A program made the translations under genes and the position numbers. A DNA stretch of 64,000 nt from positions 134,187 to 198,186 of the forward strand of contig CAJUGX010000002.1 of NCBI GenBank assembly GCA_910586385.1, read 5' to 3'. The notes under the pieces are model-generated. The model ran no database searches and had not been told where the DNA came from. It saw nothing but the letters and a program-made list of their open reading frames with translations. The stretch comes from an uncultured Christensenella sp. (lineage in GTDB: Bacteria; Bacillota; Clostridia; Christensenellales; UBA1242). Positions 61,711-64,000 of the stretch are shown here, piece after piece; position 1 is the stretch's first letter; every line of letters begins with the position of its first letter.

Positions 61711-64000
61711 TCACGCTTCAAAAACTTTCAGTGTTGGATTCTTATCTGGATAAATCGTCCAAATATTGCTGTCCCAATTATCAGGCAAACCTGACCAGAT
61801 GTCAACCATTTCCAGACTCTCACCAAACTCATTAACCTCATAATCATTGTTCAAAATTTGACCTGAAAATCTTTGCCATCCTTCTCCAGTACTTTCGCTT
61901 TTGTTTTTCCCAACAAAACCACCAATCATAACGTATGCAATTTTTTCTGGTTTTTCTTTATCAAGAGAAATGTTCCCCGTTGCGAAACAATTTGTAATAC
62001 CATTTGGATCGTTGTCATTTACCTTTCCTGCAAAACCTCCAACAACAACCCTGAAACTGTAGTCATCTCCAACAACATTGTCAATATTGTCAAACTTGAC
62101 TATTATATCCACAGTGGAGTAAGAATTGGAAATAGTCCCTAGAGTGTCTCCAACAAATCCACCAACATAATCCCTATAGAGAGTTGCTGTGACAGAATTG
62201 TTCAAAGCGGTTACACTCATCTTTCCTGTTGAATAACAATTTTGAATTATCCCTGAATAATTGTACCCTACAAATCCACCAAAATCGTTAAAGTATTTCC
62301 CCAAATATCTTGTGAAAGTCATATCAATGTCAGCGTAACATTCAGAAATTTTCCCACCTTCGTTCAACTGCCCAACAAAGGCACCAACTGAGTACTTGTT
62401 GTAATAGGAAGCACCATTAAATTGAAATTTCCCTTGAACAAAGCATTTTTCAATGGTTGCTTTGCCAACGTAAGCAAAAAATCCGCTTGTTTCTCCAACT
62501 CCAACAAAATCTACATTTTCAAATCCAATATTCTTCACTGCTGCTTCTGATGAAATATATCCAAACACTCCAGAAACATTTTTTGCAGTCAAATTTTTGA
62601 TTGTATGACCTCGTCCATCAATTTTTCCCTTAAATGGAGAGGACTCGCTCTTCCCGATCGAAGAAGTCAACTCCCATCCACTCATGTCAATGTCATTTAC
62701 AATTCTGATATTTTCACTTCTCCAATAATAATCGTCCAACGTCAATCGATAGAATCCCTCTGGAGTAGAAATGGTATAATAATATGGCCGTTCTTCAATA
62801 AGTGAATAATAAGCATGCAAAACCAAGTCACCCGTCGAGCCTTGCTCTATTTTTGAAATAATTTTTCCTTTCCAACTATCAACTCTCCAATCTACAAATC
62901 TCACGCCCAATGCTGGTGCATCGTTGAGAGTGATTGTTGGGGTTTCCACAGTGTAAGTATATGGGTTGTCTACACCCTCAATGTCACGTTCTCCGTACTT
63001 ATAAGATATCTTGTATATAATGATCTCATATTTTGCATATAGTGTGACATCCTCCTCAGTCCCCAATTCGATTTTTGTCACTGGTTGTCCCTCAAATTTC
63101 TCATTGTCATACCAACCTAAAAATTTATATCCTTTTTTGGTAGGGATACGATTGCTGATATCTTTTGACGATATTTCATAAAACACTTCACTTTCTCCAA
63201 CCGACAACTCTCCTCCATCTGTGACGTAATTGATTGTGTGTTCTGTTGGAGCAAAAATGGCATAAAGGACCAAGTCTCGACAAGGTATTATTGGCAGAGA
63301 TTTAAGGTAACTTCCGCCATCACTTCTCTCGCTCCACCCCAAAAAAGTATATCCCTTTTTGGTAGGACTTTTCAATGTGATATCATCATGAACAGTGTAG
63401 GATGAAGGATTTTCTCCTTCCAAAACTCCGTCATTTAGATGATACACAACCGAAAATACGGACTGGTTCCATTTTGCATAAAATGTTTTTTCTTCTAGCA
63501 AAGCCGCTGCAAATTTTTCAATCTTGGCACCAGAGAAATCCGCATTTTCATACCACCCCAAAAACTCAAATCCATTTCGAGATGGATTTGACAGAACAAT
63601 CTCTTCATCAAAGCAAGTGTATGTCTGCTTGTTGTTCGGAGAGTTTATTCCACCATTAAGAACATAGTTGATTGTGTAAATTATAGGTTCCCAATTCGCA
63701 AGCAATGTAATTGTCCCGCCGGAATAGGATAATCCACAGATTTCTCTCTCATCCGCGTAAATATAAGAGTCTCTAAACTTCCAACCAGCAAATTGATGTC
63801 CAGTCTTGTAAAATTTGTTTTTGTTTAAGTTTACACTGCTGAAACGAAGAACCTCTTGATTTGGCATATAGCCACCATCAGCACCATTGGCATCAAAGAC
63901 GATTGTATATGTGCCATACTCATCTATCGCCTTATTTCTGAGCGTAATGTTTTTGTCTCTCTTGATTTTTTTGACTTGGTTGATTGGAAGGATTGTGTTG
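61711..64000 (-). CDS. Large surface protein with Flg_new (Listeria-Bacteroides) repeats and a GLUG-motif domain; 5' end lies beyond the window
   Basis: The frame is open upstream of the track Met at 63867 all the way to the window edge (...YTIVFDANGADGGYMPNQ...). Repeats include GFEFLGWYENADF, GYTFLGWSERSDG and GYKFLGWYDNEKF. The C-terminal half has reiterated GGFVG/GGFAG (GLUG) motifs. Confidence 0.8.
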   Translation of the reverse strand, partial: NTILPINQVKKIKRDKNITLRNKAIDEYGTYTIVFDANGADGGYMPNQEVLRFSSVNLNKNKFYKTGHQFAGWKFRDSYIYADEREICGLSYSGGTITLLANWEPIIYTINYVLNGGINSPNNKQTYTCFDEEIVLSNPSRNGFEFLGWYENADFSGAKIEKFAAALLEEKTFYAKWNQSVFSVVYHLNDGVLEGENPSSYTVHDDITLKSPTKKGYTFLGWSERSDGGSYLKSLPIIPCRDLVLYAIFAPTEHTINYVTDGGELSVGESEVFYEISSKDISNRIPTKKGYKFLGWYDNEKFEGQPVTKIELGTEEDVTLYAKYEIIIYKISYKYGERDIEGVDNPYTYTVETPTITLNDAPALGVRFVDWRVDSWKGKIISKIEQGSTGDLVLHAYYSLIEERPYYYTISTPEGFYRLTLDDYYWRSENIRIVNDIDMSGWELTSSIGKSESSPFKGKIDGRGHTIKNLTAKNVSGVFGYISSEAAVKNIGFENVDFVGVGETSGFFAYVGKATIEKCFVQGKFQFNGASYYNKYSVGAFVGQLNEGGKISECYADIDMTFTRYLGKYFNDFGGFVGYNYSGIIQNCYSTGKMSVTALNNSVTATLYRDYVGGFVGDTLGTISNSYSTVDIIVKFDNIDNVVGDDYSFRVVVGGFAGKVNDNDPNGITNCFATGNISLDKEKPEKIAYVMIGGFVGKNKSESTGEGWQRFSGQILNNDYEVNEFGESLEMVDIWSGLPDNWDSNIWTIYPDKNPTLKVFEA

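Overview
AT-rich, gene-dense chromosomal segment that reads like a low-GC Firmicutes (Clostridia-like) anaerobe. Supporting synteny: DUF1385-prmC-prfA, mrnC-rlmB-sigH, rpsF-ssb-rpsR, plus helD, rubrerythrin, queH and glnS. The standard genetic code applies, since TAA, TAG and TGA all terminate recognisable genes.

I can support about 55 protein-coding genes, 2 tRNAs (initiator tRNA-Met and tRNA-Leu-CAG), one decayed tRNA copy, several disrupted genes, and a set of consensus promoters and intrinsic terminators. Most of the content is housekeeping:
- Translation and secretion: secA, prfA, prmC, rpmE, rpsR, ssb, rpsF, ychF, glnS, hisS, metG, lepB.
- DNA and RNA functions: gyrB, gyrA, helD, holA, comEC, sigH, hup.

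I see no CRISPR array, rRNA, integrase, transposase or recognisable defence system.

The least explained content is three large orphan membrane proteins without recognisable domains:
- 1712 aa at 17.4-22.6 kb.
- A translationally coupled 307 aa + 1520 aa pair at 41.7-47.2 kb.
- 882 aa at 49.8-52.5 kb.

The coupled pair is my best candidate for an undescribed system, but its function is inference only.

Other points worth a second look:
- A tight cluster of perfect DnaA boxes between helD and hisS, with no dnaA in the window.
- Three G/C homopolymer tracts of 8-9 nt inside accessory enzyme genes. Two of them break the reading frame.
- A decaying GNAT gene followed by tandem paralogous unknowns and a frameshifted XRE gene.
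- A MazG-like gene wedged between gyrB and gyrA.
- A DUF1385-PrmC fusion.
- A ComEC whose C-terminal domain has lost all metal-binding histidines.
- A decayed tRNA copy beside the initiator tRNA.

All functional calls come from reading motifs in the supplied translations. No database search was run.
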